From: Candidatus Binatus soli
GTDB taxonomy: Bacteria; Desulfobacterota; Binatia; Binatales; Binataceae
Length of the DNA stretch: 64,000 nucleotides
Direction: 5' to 3'
Assembly (NCBI GenBank): GCA_002479255.1
Contig: DLMJ01000021.1
Coordinates: 68,943 to 132,942 of the forward strand
Position 1 is the stretch's first letter; every line of letters starts with the position of its first letter. Shown in pieces: positions 52,344-62,279 of the stretch. The translations under genes and the position numbers were made by a program. The notes beneath the pieces were generated by a model. That model searched no databases, was not told the DNA's origin, and worked only from the letters and a program-made list of their open reading frames with translations.

Positions 52344-53291
52344 ATGGCTGACGAAATCAACAAGGTCGTAATCCTCGGTTCCGGTCCCGCCGGACTAACC
52401 GCGGCGCTCTATACCGCGCGCGCCAATCTCAGTCCGCGGCTGATCGAGGGGAATGAACCCGGCGGCCAACTCACCATCACCACGGAGGTCGAGAACTATC
52501 CGGGCTTCGAGCATGGCATCCAGGGCCCCGAGATGATGGACGTGTTCCGGCGCCAGGCGACTCGCTTCGGCACGCGTTTCATGACCGGCGCAGTGACCGA
52601 GGCGCGCCTGGGCAAGCGGCCTTTTGAACTCATGGTGGACGGCAAAATGGTCAAGGCCGAGGCCGTGATCATTTCGACCGGCGCGTCGGCAAAGCTGCTC
52701 GGAATCGAATCGGAAAAACGCTTGATGGGTTACGGCGTGAGCGCATGCGCCACCTGCGACGGCGCATTCTTCAAAGACAAGGAAGCCATCGTGGTTGGCG
52801 GCGGAGATACCGCGCTGGAGGAAGCGAACTTCCTGACCAGATTCGTCACCAAAGCCACGATCGTGCATCGCCGCGACGCGCTGCGTGCATCGAAGATCGT
52901 GCAGGATCGCGCGCGCCGCAATCCGAAGATCGCGTTCATCTGGGATTCGGCAATCGACGAGATTTTTGGCGACCCCAAAAACGGCGTGAGCGGCGTCAGG
53001 TTGAAAAATCTCAAGACCGGCGCGACCACCGACCACAAGACCGACGCCGTCTTCGTCGCGATCGGTCATCAGCCAAACACCGCGCTCTTCAAAGGCCAGC
53101 TCGCGATGGACGAGGTCGGCTATCTGAAAGTGAAAGCGGGATCGACTTACACCAACATCGAGGGCGTGTTCGCCGCCGGCGACGTCGCCGACAGCGTGTA
53201 TCGTCAGGCGGTCACAGCCGCGGGCACGGGATGCATGGCGGCGATCGACGCGGAGCGCTGGCTGGAAGCGCAAGAAGCCGGCCGGCGATGA
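52344..53291 (+). CDS. trxB: Thioredoxin-disulfide reductase
   Basis: ATG at 52344 (MADEINKVVILGSGPAGLTAALY). Redox-active CATCDG and NAD(P) GGGDTA motifs are present. Confidence 0.9.
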   Translation: MADEINKVVILGSGPAGLTAALYTARANLSPRLIEGNEPGGQLTITTEVENYPGFEHGIQGPEMMDVFRRQATRFGTRFMTGAVTEARLGKRPFELMVDGKMVKAEAVIISTGASAKLLGIESEKRLMGYGVSACATCDGAFFKDKEAIVVGGGDTALEEANFLTRFVTKATIVHRRDALRASKIVQDRARRNPKIAFIWDSAIDEIFGDPKNGVSGVRLKNLKTGATTDHKTDAVFVAIGHQPNTALFKGQLAMDEVGYLKVKAGSTYTNIEGVFAAGDVADSVYRQAVTAAGTGCMAAIDAERWLEAQEAGRR

Positions 53292-53448
53292 CTTCGCGCA
53301 TATGCCGAACTTCATCCTGCGCGGACTCAAGGTACGCGCGGCTCGCGCGCACCGGCGCGCTTGATTTCGACCCGGTCGTTTGATCCAGTGCAAGAGCGGG
53401 CTGCGCGCCAGTGATGCCTCCCTGTCATAGAGAGCTTGCGGTACCGCG

Positions 53449-54045
53449 ATGATCGGCAGCGAATTCCTGACGTGGCTGCATCTGTGCGCGATGGCGGCAT
53501 ACGTCGGCGCGCAGTTCGCGGTCATCTATATGCTGATCCCGGCCGCGGAGACCGCGCCCAACGAGGCGGCGCGGCGCGCGAGCCTGATCGCCGGGTTCAA
53601 GTTCTACAACCCGTTCACGATCGCGGTGCTGGGAGTTATTGTGATTAGCGGTGCGACGCGCCTGACGGACTTGAAAGCGTCGATGAAGTTCGACTACTTC
53701 GCGCGTATCGGTTCGGCGCTCGAGCTGAAGCTGGCGCTCGCCTTCGTTCTCATCTTGATCCAGACCTACATCACGTTCGGACTGGCATTCAGAATCGGCC
53801 GGCAGGAAGAGGTGGCCGCACACGGCGACGGCGAGGCGTTTACCGTCGAACAGCTGAACTCGATGCTGCGGCGAATTCGCGCGATGGCATGGTTCACGAT
53901 CATGCTGGCGGCCGCGGTCATCTGGGTGTCACTCACGATGGTATCGCGAGCGGTGGGTGAGCCCGCCACCGCGTCCCCTACCGTAGCTTCTTCGGACGAT
54001 TTCACGCCAGCGCGAGCAGCGAGCCCAGGATGTACACGACGGTGA
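53449..54045 (+). CDS. Hypothetical 4–5-TM membrane protein
   Basis: 198-aa ORF with several hydrophobic helices. Its 3' end overlaps a convergent small ORF. Confidence 0.45.
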   Translation: MIGSEFLTWLHLCAMAAYVGAQFAVIYMLIPAAETAPNEAARRASLIAGFKFYNPFTIAVLGVIVISGATRLTDLKASMKFDYFARIGSALELKLALAFVLILIQTYITFGLAFRIGRQEEVAAHGDGEAFTVEQLNSMLRRIRAMAWFTIMLAAAVIWVSLTMVSRAVGEPATASPTVASSDDFTPARAASPGCTRR

Positions 54046-54179
54046 TGATGCCGAAAATCGCGCCCGGGATTTCATTCAGCATGTTGTACTGTGCGAGCCG
54101 AGTCACATCGCTGACGGCAGCCGTCTGGTCGATCGATGCGATTCCCGCGAGTCTTGCTTCGTTGGTCGTTGCGTTCATT
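54003..54179 (-). CDS. Small (58 aa) C-terminally membrane-anchored protein, absent from the ORF track (<60 aa)
   Basis: ATG at 54179 is preceded by GGGAGGA at the ideal 8-nt spacing. Translation: MNATTNEARLAGIASIDQTAAVSDVTRLAQYNMLNEIPGAIFGIITVVYILGSLLALA*. Confidence 0.45.
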
Positions 54180-54487
54180 TTCAGGTCCTCCCGTATTCAG
54201 TTACTGACTGGGATAACGCAACTCACGTGCCAGTCTAAAGCTCTCGATTTGACGACGCTTTTTCCAGCCAACCACTCACTCGAAGCAGTTCACGCTATAA
54301 AAAATGCTTCAAATTCAATATCTTAAGTGCGGTAGCAGAATGCGAGAGAGAATTCGCCAATTTTCGATATTCGCGGTAAATTTCCTTATTCGCGAATCAG
54401 CGCAATCGGCCAGCTGCACCTATCTCACTGCGGCTCGGCTCTCGCTTGGTCCCTCTTTGATCATCTCAATACATCTGCAAAAGTGGC

Positions 54488-55261
54488 GTGATGGCGAGTG
54501 AAATGAATCAGGACGCGCCCCAGTCCAACGGCAAGGCGACCGGAGGGTTGAAGCCGCCCACCGCGTTGCTCGCAGCCGACGCTGCCGCGCCGGGCGCGCA
54601 TCCGCATTTCATCCGCAGCCTGGCGCTGCGTTTCGCGGAGGCGGCGATCTTCCTGACAGCCGTCGTCGGCGCGATCGCGATGGGACTCGGAATCACCGCC
54701 TACTTTGCCGAGCATCACTATGTGCTCGCATACCTGGCGGCATATGCGGGCTTTTGCTTTGCCGATTTGATTGTGCGCGAAGACGCCGAGGACAGTCCCG
54801 CACACGAAGAACTCAGCCAGCGGATCGCCGTGCAGCTTCCAATCCTCGTGACGTTTGCGGCGGCGCCGTTCGAGCGCACTTATCTTTACGGCGGCTCAGC
54901 GCCCGCATTCGTCAGCGCGCTTGGACTGCTGATCGCACTGTGGGGGATGTGGCTGGCGCTTGGCGCGCGCGTTCAGCTCGGATTTTTTACTTCGGGCAGA
55001 ACGGCCGAGCATCCGGTGCTCGTCAAGCGCGGCTTTTATCGTTACGTCAGGCATCCGATCTACGCGGGTACATATTTGGTAACGTTCGGATGGCCGCTCA
55101 TCTACGGAGCGCCGATCACCGCGATCCTGACGCTGATCGTCGGAGCGATTTTCTTGAGTCGACGAATGAAGTCCGAAGAGGCCGCGATGCGCGCGCTATT
55201 TGGCGAAGAGTACGACGCCTACATGCGCGAGACGGACGCGTTGGTTCCGTCGATCTGGTAA
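54488..55261 (+). CDS. Isoprenylcysteine carboxyl methyltransferase (ICMT/PEMT)-family membrane methyltransferase
   Basis: C-terminal RHP.Y....L..G........L......EE signature (VRHPIYAGTYL ... EEAAMRALFGEEY). Confidence 0.75.
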   Translation: MMASEMNQDAPQSNGKATGGLKPPTALLAADAAAPGAHPHFIRSLALRFAEAAIFLTAVVGAIAMGLGITAYFAEHHYVLAYLAAYAGFCFADLIVREDAEDSPAHEELSQRIAVQLPILVTFAAAPFERTYLYGGSAPAFVSALGLLIALWGMWLALGARVQLGFFTSGRTAEHPVLVKRGFYRYVRHPIYAGTYLVTFGWPLIYGAPITAILTLIVGAIFLSRRMKSEEAAMRALFGEEYDAYMRETDALVPSIW

Positions 55262-55305
55262 CGCCCATTCCGCCAGCGCCATCGAAAAGAACGAGAACGA
55301 TCGCT

Positions 55306-55938
55306 TCAGCCACGGCGTGCTTCAAGCTGGCAGCGGGCGTGCGAGCAGAAGTCGTTTTCGTTGTCGTCGCCGAGGCTGACAAACTTCGCGCCGCAGGCCG
55401 TGCATTCGCGAATCGATTCGCCGGGCTTGAGCCGCGCCGCGAGCTCGGCGGTCTCGGCTGAGTCGTCGGTCTTCGAGCCTCGCGCGATACGTCGCGTCCG
55501 CGGCCTCTCCGGCAACGCTCCATCGGCGATCAGCCGGCCATTCGCACCCATCATGGCGAGTTCGTCGGCGCGATTATTGATCGGATCGGTGTCGTGTCCG
55601 CGAACCCATTCGAATCGCACGCGTCGCGCCGCCGTTTCGGCGTCGAGCAGTTCCCACAAATCGTGATTCTTGTTGCGCTTGTAATGAAGCATCATCGAAT
55701 TGACGACGTACCTGCTGTCACTGCGGATAACAACGTGGGCGCCGCGTTCGGTCGCGCGCAAACCCTCGATCGCGCCCATCAATTCCATTCGGTTGTTGGT
55801 GGTTGAAGGATGGTGGCCGTTAAGTTCGGTCACAACGCCATCGGGATCTTGCACCACGACGCCCCATCCGCCCGGCCCCGGGTTACCGATGCAGGAGCCG
55901 TCGGCGTAAACGAGATATTCGCGAGGCGCGGTTGCCAC
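55306..55938 (-). CDS. rnhA: Ribonuclease HI with a C-terminal Cys4 zinc-ribbon-like extension
   Basis: DGSC..N.G.GG.G, E..A, D and D catalytic residues are present (YADGSCIGNPGPGGWG; MELMGAIEGL; SDSRYVV; HDTDPINNRADELA). The tail carries CTACGAKF...CSHARC. Confidence 0.85.
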   Translation of the reverse strand: MATAPREYLVYADGSCIGNPGPGGWGVVVQDPDGVVTELNGHHPSTTNNRMELMGAIEGLRATERGAHVVIRSDSRYVVNSMMLHYKRNKNHDLWELLDAETAARRVRFEWVRGHDTDPINNRADELAMMGANGRLIADGALPERPRTRRIARGSKTDDSAETAELAARLKPGESIRECTACGAKFVSLGDDNENDFCSHARCQLEARRG

Positions 55939-55947
55939 GGCCGGATT

Positions 55948-57405
55948 CTAGCTGAGGCCGCGATCTTTTCGCAGCCGCGTGAACCACGCGACGTATTGCC
56001 CAACAGCCCGCTCCCACGAGAAATCCGCCGCAAAGCAATTTTGCATCAGCCGCCGCCACGTCGTGCGCTCCCCGAACGTCGCCACCATCCGGCCTAGCGC
56101 CGCGACCATTTCAGCCGCGTCGAACTTGTCGAATACGAAACCGTTGCCGGTCGCGCGCCGGGGATCGAAGTCACTTACCGTGTCGCGCAGTCCTCCGGTG
56201 GCGCGGGCCACGGGCACCGTGCCATAGCGCAACGCGTACATCTGCGTGAGTCCGCACGGTTCGAATCGCGACGGCATCAGGAGAGCGTCGCTGCCAGCCT
56301 GGATTCGATGCGCGAGCGTGTCGTTGAACTCGATTATTGCTCGAAGTTTTTCAGGGTAGCGTGACTCTGCCTGTTTGAAGAATTTCTCGAGCACCGGATC
56401 GCCGCTCGCGAGCATGACGAGTTGCAAATCCAGGTGCATCACGGCGTCGAGCGCGTCTCCGAGCAGGTCAACGCCTTTTTGCCCGGTCATGCGGGTGACC
56501 ATCCCGACCATCGGCCAATGCTCGCGGTTCGGCAGACCGAGTGAATCGCGCAACGCGCGCGCGCATGCACGCTTGCCGTCGGGTTTCGCGGGCGTGTAAG
56601 TCGCGGCGATGGCGCGGTCGGTGGCGGGATTCCACTCATTGTAGTCGGCGCCGTTGAGGATTCCCACGAAATCTTCGCCCTTGTCGCGGAGCACCCCCTC
56701 CAGTCCAAAGCCGAGTTCCGGGTCCGTAGTCACTTCGTGCGCGTAGGAGGGGCTCACGGTTGAGGCGCCGTCGCACAGAACGATAGCGCCCTTCATCAGA
56801 TTCAAGTGGCCGTAAAATTCCAGGTAATCGACCGAAAAATACGGCGCGCCGATATTGAGCAGCGCGAAGTCCTCGCGTTTGCCGATACCCTGGAAGGCAA
56901 GATTGTGAATCGTGAAGATCGAGAGCGCCTTCTCGAACCGGGGGCGAAGAGCGTTGTCGGCGCGCATCGCAATCGGCACGGCGGCCGAATGCCAATCGTG
57001 AGCGTGTACTACGTCCGGCGCGACTATCTCTGCGGCTGCGACGGCGGCGGCGCGGCCAAAGAAGACAAAGCGCCGCATGTTGTCGGGATAGTCGTTGCCG
57101 TTCTCGCCATAGATTCCGCGCCGGGCGAAAAATCCAGGATGATCGATCAGGTACATCGGCACGCCATGCTGATCGGCCGCACGCAACACCGAAAAACGTT
57201 CGACGCCGGTACCGAATCGCATCGGGATATCGCGCACGACCGGCGAATTCTCGACGTTGTCCACAATCGACGCGTAACCGGGCACGATCAGCGACGGTTC
57301 CTCGCCGGCCGCCTTCAATGCCCCTGGCAGCGCGCCGATCACGTCGGCGAGACCGCCGGCTTTTGCGTGAGGAGCGGCTTCCGCCGCAACGATCGCTATC
57401 TTCAC
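55948..57405 (-). CDS. glgA: Glycogen synthase (ADP-glucose type)
   Basis: KAGGLADV motif, a GT-B fold and a GTG start. Confidence 0.9.
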   Translation of the reverse strand: MKIAIVAAEAAPHAKAGGLADVIGALPGALKAAGEEPSLIVPGYASIVDNVENSPVVRDIPMRFGTGVERFSVLRAADQHGVPMYLIDHPGFFARRGIYGENGNDYPDNMRRFVFFGRAAAVAAAEIVAPDVVHAHDWHSAAVPIAMRADNALRPRFEKALSIFTIHNLAFQGIGKREDFALLNIGAPYFSVDYLEFYGHLNLMKGAIVLCDGASTVSPSYAHEVTTDPELGFGLEGVLRDKGEDFVGILNGADYNEWNPATDRAIAATYTPAKPDGKRACARALRDSLGLPNREHWPMVGMVTRMTGQKGVDLLGDALDAVMHLDLQLVMLASGDPVLEKFFKQAESRYPEKLRAIIEFNDTLAHRIQAGSDALLMPSRFEPCGLTQMYALRYGTVPVARATGGLRDTVSDFDPRRATGNGFVFDKFDAAEMVAALGRMVATFGERTTWRRLMQNCFAADFSWERAVGQYVAWFTRLRKDRGLS

Positions 57406-57508
57406 GAGATCAGATTTCCGCGGGCCCGGTGGCCGTCAAAAACATACGCGCTGCGGCTGGACCGTTCCAACATCGCAGCGCATCATTTTCCAAATTATGC
57501 CGAGCTGA

Positions 57509-59995
57509 TTAGTTCAGGACCGTGCGCTCGGTCCGCGCCGCCGCCGGCGTGGGCGCGGCCGCGGGAGTGGGCGCCGCCGCCTCCGCCGCGGGAGCGGGTG
57601 CGGGCGCGGGTGCAGCCTGCACGGCGTCGCCGTCACGCAGCGCGTGCCGAATGACCTCATCGACCGTATCGACGAAAATCATTTCGAGCTCTTTGCGCAC
57701 TTCGGGCTGGATGTCATCGAGGTCGCGCTCGTTGCGGCGCGGCAGAATGATCGTCTTGATCCCGGCGCGCCTTGCCGCGAGCACCTTCTCCTTGATTCCG
57801 CCGACCGGCAGCACCTTGCCGCGCAGCGTTATCTCGCCGGTCATCGCGACGTCGGATCGCACCGGCCGGCCGCTGAGCAACGACGCCAGCGACGCCGCGA
57901 TCGTCACGCCGCCCGACGGCCCATCCTTGGGAATCGCTCCGGCGGGAACGTGAACGTGGATGTCGGATTTCTCGAAAAAGTCCGGCGCGATTCCCAGCTC
58001 CGCCGCGTGGGTGCGCACGTAAGAAAGCGCGGCCTGCGCCGATTCCTTCATCACGTCGCCGAGCGAGCCGGTAAGGTTGAGACCTTTCTGCCCTGACATC
58101 CGGGTGCTCTCGATGAACATTATCTCGCCGCCGTTGGGCGTCCATGCCAGCCCGGTCGCAACCCCCGGCTCCTGCGTGCGTTCGGCGACCTCGGAAAAGA
58201 AGCGCGGCGCGCCGAGATAGCGTTGCACGTCGGCTCCGGAAACGATCGTGGGCGCCGTTTCGCCCTCGGTTATCGAACGCGCGATCTTGCGGCAGACGCG
58301 CGCGATCTCGCGCTCGAGATTTCTAAGCCCGGCCTCGCGCGTATAGCTGTGGATGATCTCGCGCAGCGCCTCCTCAGAGAATTCGATCTTCCGATCGCCG
58401 AGTCCGTTTTCATAGAGTTGCTTGGGGATCAGGTGCCGCTGCACGATTTGCAGCTTCTCTTCCTCGGTGTATCCCGGCAGCTCGAGCACTTCCATCCGGT
58501 CGCGCAGCGCGTGCGGAACCGGGTCGAGCACGTTGGCGGTGGTCAGGAACAGCACTTTGGAAAGATCGAACGGCACGTCCAGGTAATGATCCGAGAACGT
58601 GTTGTTCTGTTCCGGATCGAGCACCTCGAGCAGCGCCGACGCCGGGTCGCCGCGGAAGTCCATGCCGAGCTTGTCCACTTCGTCGAGGATGAACAGCGGG
58701 TTGTTCGAGCCCGCGTTGCGAAGCCCCTGGATGATTCGGCCCGGCAACGATCCGATGTAAGTGCGGCGATGGCCGCGAATCTCGGCCTCGTCGCGGATGC
58801 CGCCGAGCGACAGGCGCACGAATTTGCGGCCGAGCGCGCGCGCGATCGACTTGCCCAGCGAGGTTTTGCCCGTGCCCGGAGGCCCGACGAAGCACAGGAT
58901 GGGTCCCTTGGTGTCGTTCTTGAGCTTGCGCACCGCGAGAAACTCGAGGATGCGTTCCTTTATTTTTTCGAGGTCGTAGTGGTCCTCGTCGAGCACCTGG
59001 CGCGCGTGGCGAATGTCGAGATTGTCCTCGGTGGAGGCGCCCCACGGCAGGCTGACCAGCCAGTCGAGATAGGTGCGCACGACAGTGTGCTCCGCCGACT
59101 CGGGCGGGATCATCTTGAGGCGCTCAAGTTCCTTGTCCGCGACTTTGCGCGCCTCGGGCGACATTTTCGCCTCTTCGATCTTCTTTTCGATCTCCTCGAC
59201 TTCGGAAGTGCGCGCGTCGCCCTCGCCCAGCTCCTTCTGAATCGCCTTGAGCTGCTGGCGCAGATAATACTCGCGTTGATTTTTGTTGAGCTCGGTCTGA
59301 ACCTGGGACTGAATCTTATGGCCGAGTTCGAGCATCTCGATCTCGCGGCCCAGAATCGCGATGAGCTTTTCCAGCCGCGCGCGAACGTCGAGCGTCGCGA
59401 GGAGATCCTGCCCCTCTTCGATCGGAATCTTCAGATAAGAGGCGACCATGTCGGCAAGCCGGCTGGCCTCCTTCACCTGCATCGCCATCACCTGCAATTC
59501 GTCGGGCAGGTACGGCACCAGCGAGACGAACTTGGAAAACTGGCTCACCAGATGCGCATGGAGCGCGTCGATTTCCCGGTCGGAGGAAACCGGCTCGTTG
59601 AGCCGCTTCACGTGCGCGAGGAAGTACGGCTCGCGCTGGGTGAACTGGCCGAGTTCGATTCGCGCCAATCCCTGCACCAGCACACGTACGCTCTGATCCG
59701 GATAGCGCAACATCTTGAGGATGCGCACCGCGGTGCCGAGTTGGAACAATCCCTCGGGCGCGGGCTGCTCGTCTTCCGGGTTTTTTTGCGCCGCCAGCGC
59801 GATCACCTTCGAGGTCTGACCGCAGTCCTCGATCAACTTGAGCGACGACGGCCGCGAAACCAGGAACGGATGAATCTGACTCGGGAAAATCACGATGCCG
59901 CGCAACGGCAGCACCGGCAGGATCTCGGGAATCTCGGCCTTGCTCAGATCCTCTTCAATCTCGAAACGTTTTTCCCCTTTGGGTTTATCTGCCAT
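57509..59995 (-). CDS. lon: ATP-dependent Lon protease (LonA) with a C-terminal Ala/Pro-rich tail
   Basis: LON N-domain, Walker A GPPGTGKTS and the protease site PKDGPSGG. The tail is AAPAPAPAPAAEAAAPTPAAAPTPAAA. Confidence 0.95.
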   Translation of the reverse strand: MADKPKGEKRFEIEEDLSKAEIPEILPVLPLRGIVIFPSQIHPFLVSRPSSLKLIEDCGQTSKVIALAAQKNPEDEQPAPEGLFQLGTAVRILKMLRYPDQSVRVLVQGLARIELGQFTQREPYFLAHVKRLNEPVSSDREIDALHAHLVSQFSKFVSLVPYLPDELQVMAMQVKEASRLADMVASYLKIPIEEGQDLLATLDVRARLEKLIAILGREIEMLELGHKIQSQVQTELNKNQREYYLRQQLKAIQKELGEGDARTSEVEEIEKKIEEAKMSPEARKVADKELERLKMIPPESAEHTVVRTYLDWLVSLPWGASTEDNLDIRHARQVLDEDHYDLEKIKERILEFLAVRKLKNDTKGPILCFVGPPGTGKTSLGKSIARALGRKFVRLSLGGIRDEAEIRGHRRTYIGSLPGRIIQGLRNAGSNNPLFILDEVDKLGMDFRGDPASALLEVLDPEQNNTFSDHYLDVPFDLSKVLFLTTANVLDPVPHALRDRMEVLELPGYTEEEKLQIVQRHLIPKQLYENGLGDRKIEFSEEALREIIHSYTREAGLRNLEREIARVCRKIARSITEGETAPTIVSGADVQRYLGAPRFFSEVAERTQEPGVATGLAWTPNGGEIMFIESTRMSGQKGLNLTGSLGDVMKESAQAALSYVRTHAAELGIAPDFFEKSDIHVHVPAGAIPKDGPSGGVTIAASLASLLSGRPVRSDVAMTGEITLRGKVLPVGGIKEKVLAARRAGIKTIILPRRNERDLDDIQPEVRKELEMIFVDTVDEVIRHALRDGDAVQAAPAPAPAPAAEAAAPTPAAAPTPAAARTERTVLN

Positions 59996-60144
59996 AGGTC
60001 AATCGAACCTCGTAGGGGCAAACCCCGCCACGCCTTCCACGCAACCCAAATTTCACCGTAATATACAGTTGTGGCGCGGACAAGGTCACCTCTTGGATAA
60101 GAAGTTAATCACGGTGACCGGCTCGCGCTACTGATGAGGAAACA

Positions 60145-60570
60145 TTGTCTAATATTGGGTTCGATAAGCTATTCAGCGAGGAAGAAGCCAACGAGCTGAT
60201 TCCGCGTCTGGAAATTCTGATGCGCCAACTGCAGATGCAGGCGACGTCGTTGCGCACACGGATCGACGAATTATCGGTCACCGATCCCTCGATCCTGCAC
60301 TGCACGATGAACGAAATCGTCGGGCGTTATCCCGAGCTGCGGTCGTTCGCGACCAACATGGCCGACGCCGCCGCGCAAATCGAATCGTTCGGATGCATCC
60401 TCAAGGATATCGAGATGGGGCTGATTGATTTTCCCTATGACGCGGACGACGAAGTTGTTTTCCTATGCTGGCAGTTCGGCGAGCCGCGCGTCGTCGCATG
60501 GCACAGCATCAACAGTGGATTTTCCGAGCGCCAGCCGCTGCCCGGCGCGCCGAACCGCTGGCTCAACTGA
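60145..60570 (+). CDS. DUF2203-family protein
   Basis: 141 aa; a ..EEAN.L.P.LE.. N-terminal helix plus C-terminal beta region typical of DUF2203. Confidence 0.6.
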   Translation: MSNIGFDKLFSEEEANELIPRLEILMRQLQMQATSLRTRIDELSVTDPSILHCTMNEIVGRYPELRSFATNMADAAAQIESFGCILKDIEMGLIDFPYDADDEVVFLCWQFGEPRVVAWHSINSGFSERQPLPGAPNRWLN

Positions 60571-60600
60571 CCAGCGAACAGCAGGAATTCTGACAGCCAA

Positions 60601-61071
60601 ATGATTTTAACTTTGTCGATTTACCTGGCCGCACTTGGATGCTGGCTCGGCGGAATCGTTTTCTTCTCGTTTTTCACCGCGCCGGCGGTTTTCACGCGTC
60701 TGCCGACAGCCGAGGCCGGCCAGCTGATCAGCGCAATCTTCCCGCGCTACTACATGCTCGGCTACGTCGCGGGAACGGTGAGCTTCATCCTCGCGGTGTA
60801 TTTCACCGCCGTGCGCGGACCGCGGATGTGGTGGGGCGCCACCACGGTCGCGTTGGCAATCGCGCTCGGAATTACCTTTTATGCCGGCACGGTCATTCTG
60901 CCGCGAGCCGACGCCATCCGCAGCGTCACCGAAGATCCAAATCCCGACGCTGCCCGCAAGGCGGAGTTCGACCGGCTGCACCACATGTCGGTGATTCTCA
61001 ATGGCACCGTGCTGCTGTTGAATCTCGCCGCAATCGTGGGCACTTCGGGAGCGTTGACCGCGCGTGGCTGA
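60601..61071 (+). CDS. DUF4149-family 4-TM membrane protein
   Basis: 156 aa with 4 TM helices and the F..YY..G motif of DUF4149. Confidence 0.55.
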   Translation: MILTLSIYLAALGCWLGGIVFFSFFTAPAVFTRLPTAEAGQLISAIFPRYYMLGYVAGTVSFILAVYFTAVRGPRMWWGATTVALAIALGITFYAGTVILPRADAIRSVTEDPNPDAARKAEFDRLHHMSVILNGTVLLLNLAAIVGTSGALTARG

Positions 61072-61828
61072 GCATCGTTACAAGGCGGTCGTGATCGATT
61101 TATTCGACACGCTCGTCAACTGGAATGTCGAAGCGCTGCCGCTCATGCAATGGCGCGGGCGCGAAATTCGAAGCACGACTCCCCTGCTCTTCTCCGCGCT
61201 GGAAACGGCGCTCGGCGAGCGCTTCGACCGCGACACCTTCGCAGAGGCACACGCATCGGTTTACAGCGAGATATTCACCGAGCGAGCGAAGGCGGACGCG
61301 ATCGAGACTACCTGCTTCGAGCGCTTCTCGCGCACGCTCAAACTGCTCGGCGTCGACGAGGACCGGGCAGCGCCCCTGGCCGAAAGCCTGCGCCGAATCC
61401 ACATGGGACGGGTGCGCGAGGTCACCTGGGCGCCGAAGCCGCGAATCGACGCGATGAAAAGAATCGCCAGGCATCTGCGCGTCGGCTTGATCTCGAACTT
61501 CGACGATTCCGAGACCGGCCACCTCATCATGCATGACACCGGCATCCGCGAGCTCTTCGACGCCGTGATTATCTCGGCCGACACCGGCTACCGAAAACCC
61601 AACCCGCTCATCTTCAAAAAAATTCTCGACCTGATGGGGCTCGCGCCCGCCGATATCCTGTTCGTCGGCGATACTCCGCTCGACGACGTGCTGGGCAGCA
61701 AAGGCGTCGGGATGCATTCGGCGTGGATTCGCACGCGCGATCGCGAGCTGCCCGAGGGAATTCCTGCGCCCGACATCGTCATCTCGGACCTCGCGGAACT
61801 GCCCGACGCGCTTGGTTTGCAAGAATAG
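61064..61828 (+). CDS. HAD-superfamily hydrolase (subfamily IA)
   Basis: Motif I VIDLFDTLV, motif II S/T, and motif III/IV K...GDTPLDD. Confidence 0.7.
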   Translation: MAEHRYKAVVIDLFDTLVNWNVEALPLMQWRGREIRSTTPLLFSALETALGERFDRDTFAEAHASVYSEIFTERAKADAIETTCFERFSRTLKLLGVDEDRAAPLAESLRRIHMGRVREVTWAPKPRIDAMKRIARHLRVGLISNFDDSETGHLIMHDTGIRELFDAVIISADTGYRKPNPLIFKKILDLMGLAPADILFVGDTPLDDVLGSKGVGMHSAWIRTRDRELPEGIPAPDIVISDLAELPDALGLQE

Positions 61829-62238
61829 TGGCCGATCACGATCGAAGCCGCTTTGTCCGGGCGCTTGAAAGCGCGCCGTTCGCCGCGATGCTCGGGCTGA
61901 AGATCGAATCCGCCGCCGACGGCGCGGCGTTGGTGCGGATGCCATTCGACTTGCGGCTGCTCAACGAAGGCGGCCGGACCGCTCCCATTCACGGCGGCGC
62001 GATTGCCTCGCTGGCCGACGTTGCTGCATGCGCCGCGGTGTGGACTCTCGCCGAGACCGTACGCACCGCGACCATCTCGATCACGGTGAACTACACGGGC
62101 TTCGCCGTGAATTCCGACCTGACCGCCCGCGCCCGGGTGAAGCGGACGGGCAAGCGCATCGCCAGCCTGAGCGTCGAAATCGCCGACGCGTCCGACGCCC
62201 TCATCGCCGACGCGCTCGTCACCTACAAGATCGCCTAG
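61828..62238 (+). CDS. PaaI/YbgC-type hot-dog thioesterase
   Basis: GTG at 61828 overlaps the HAD stop (TAGTG). ..GG..HGGAIASLAD.A hot-dog thioesterase motif. Confidence 0.65.
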   Translation: MADHDRSRFVRALESAPFAAMLGLKIESAADGAALVRMPFDLRLLNEGGRTAPIHGGAIASLADVAACAAVWTLAETVRTATISITVNYTGFAVNSDLTARARVKRTGKRIASLSVEIADASDALIADALVTYKIA

Positions 62239-62279
62239 CAAGATCGCTTGGCTCAATCCGGTCGCATACACTTGAACTG

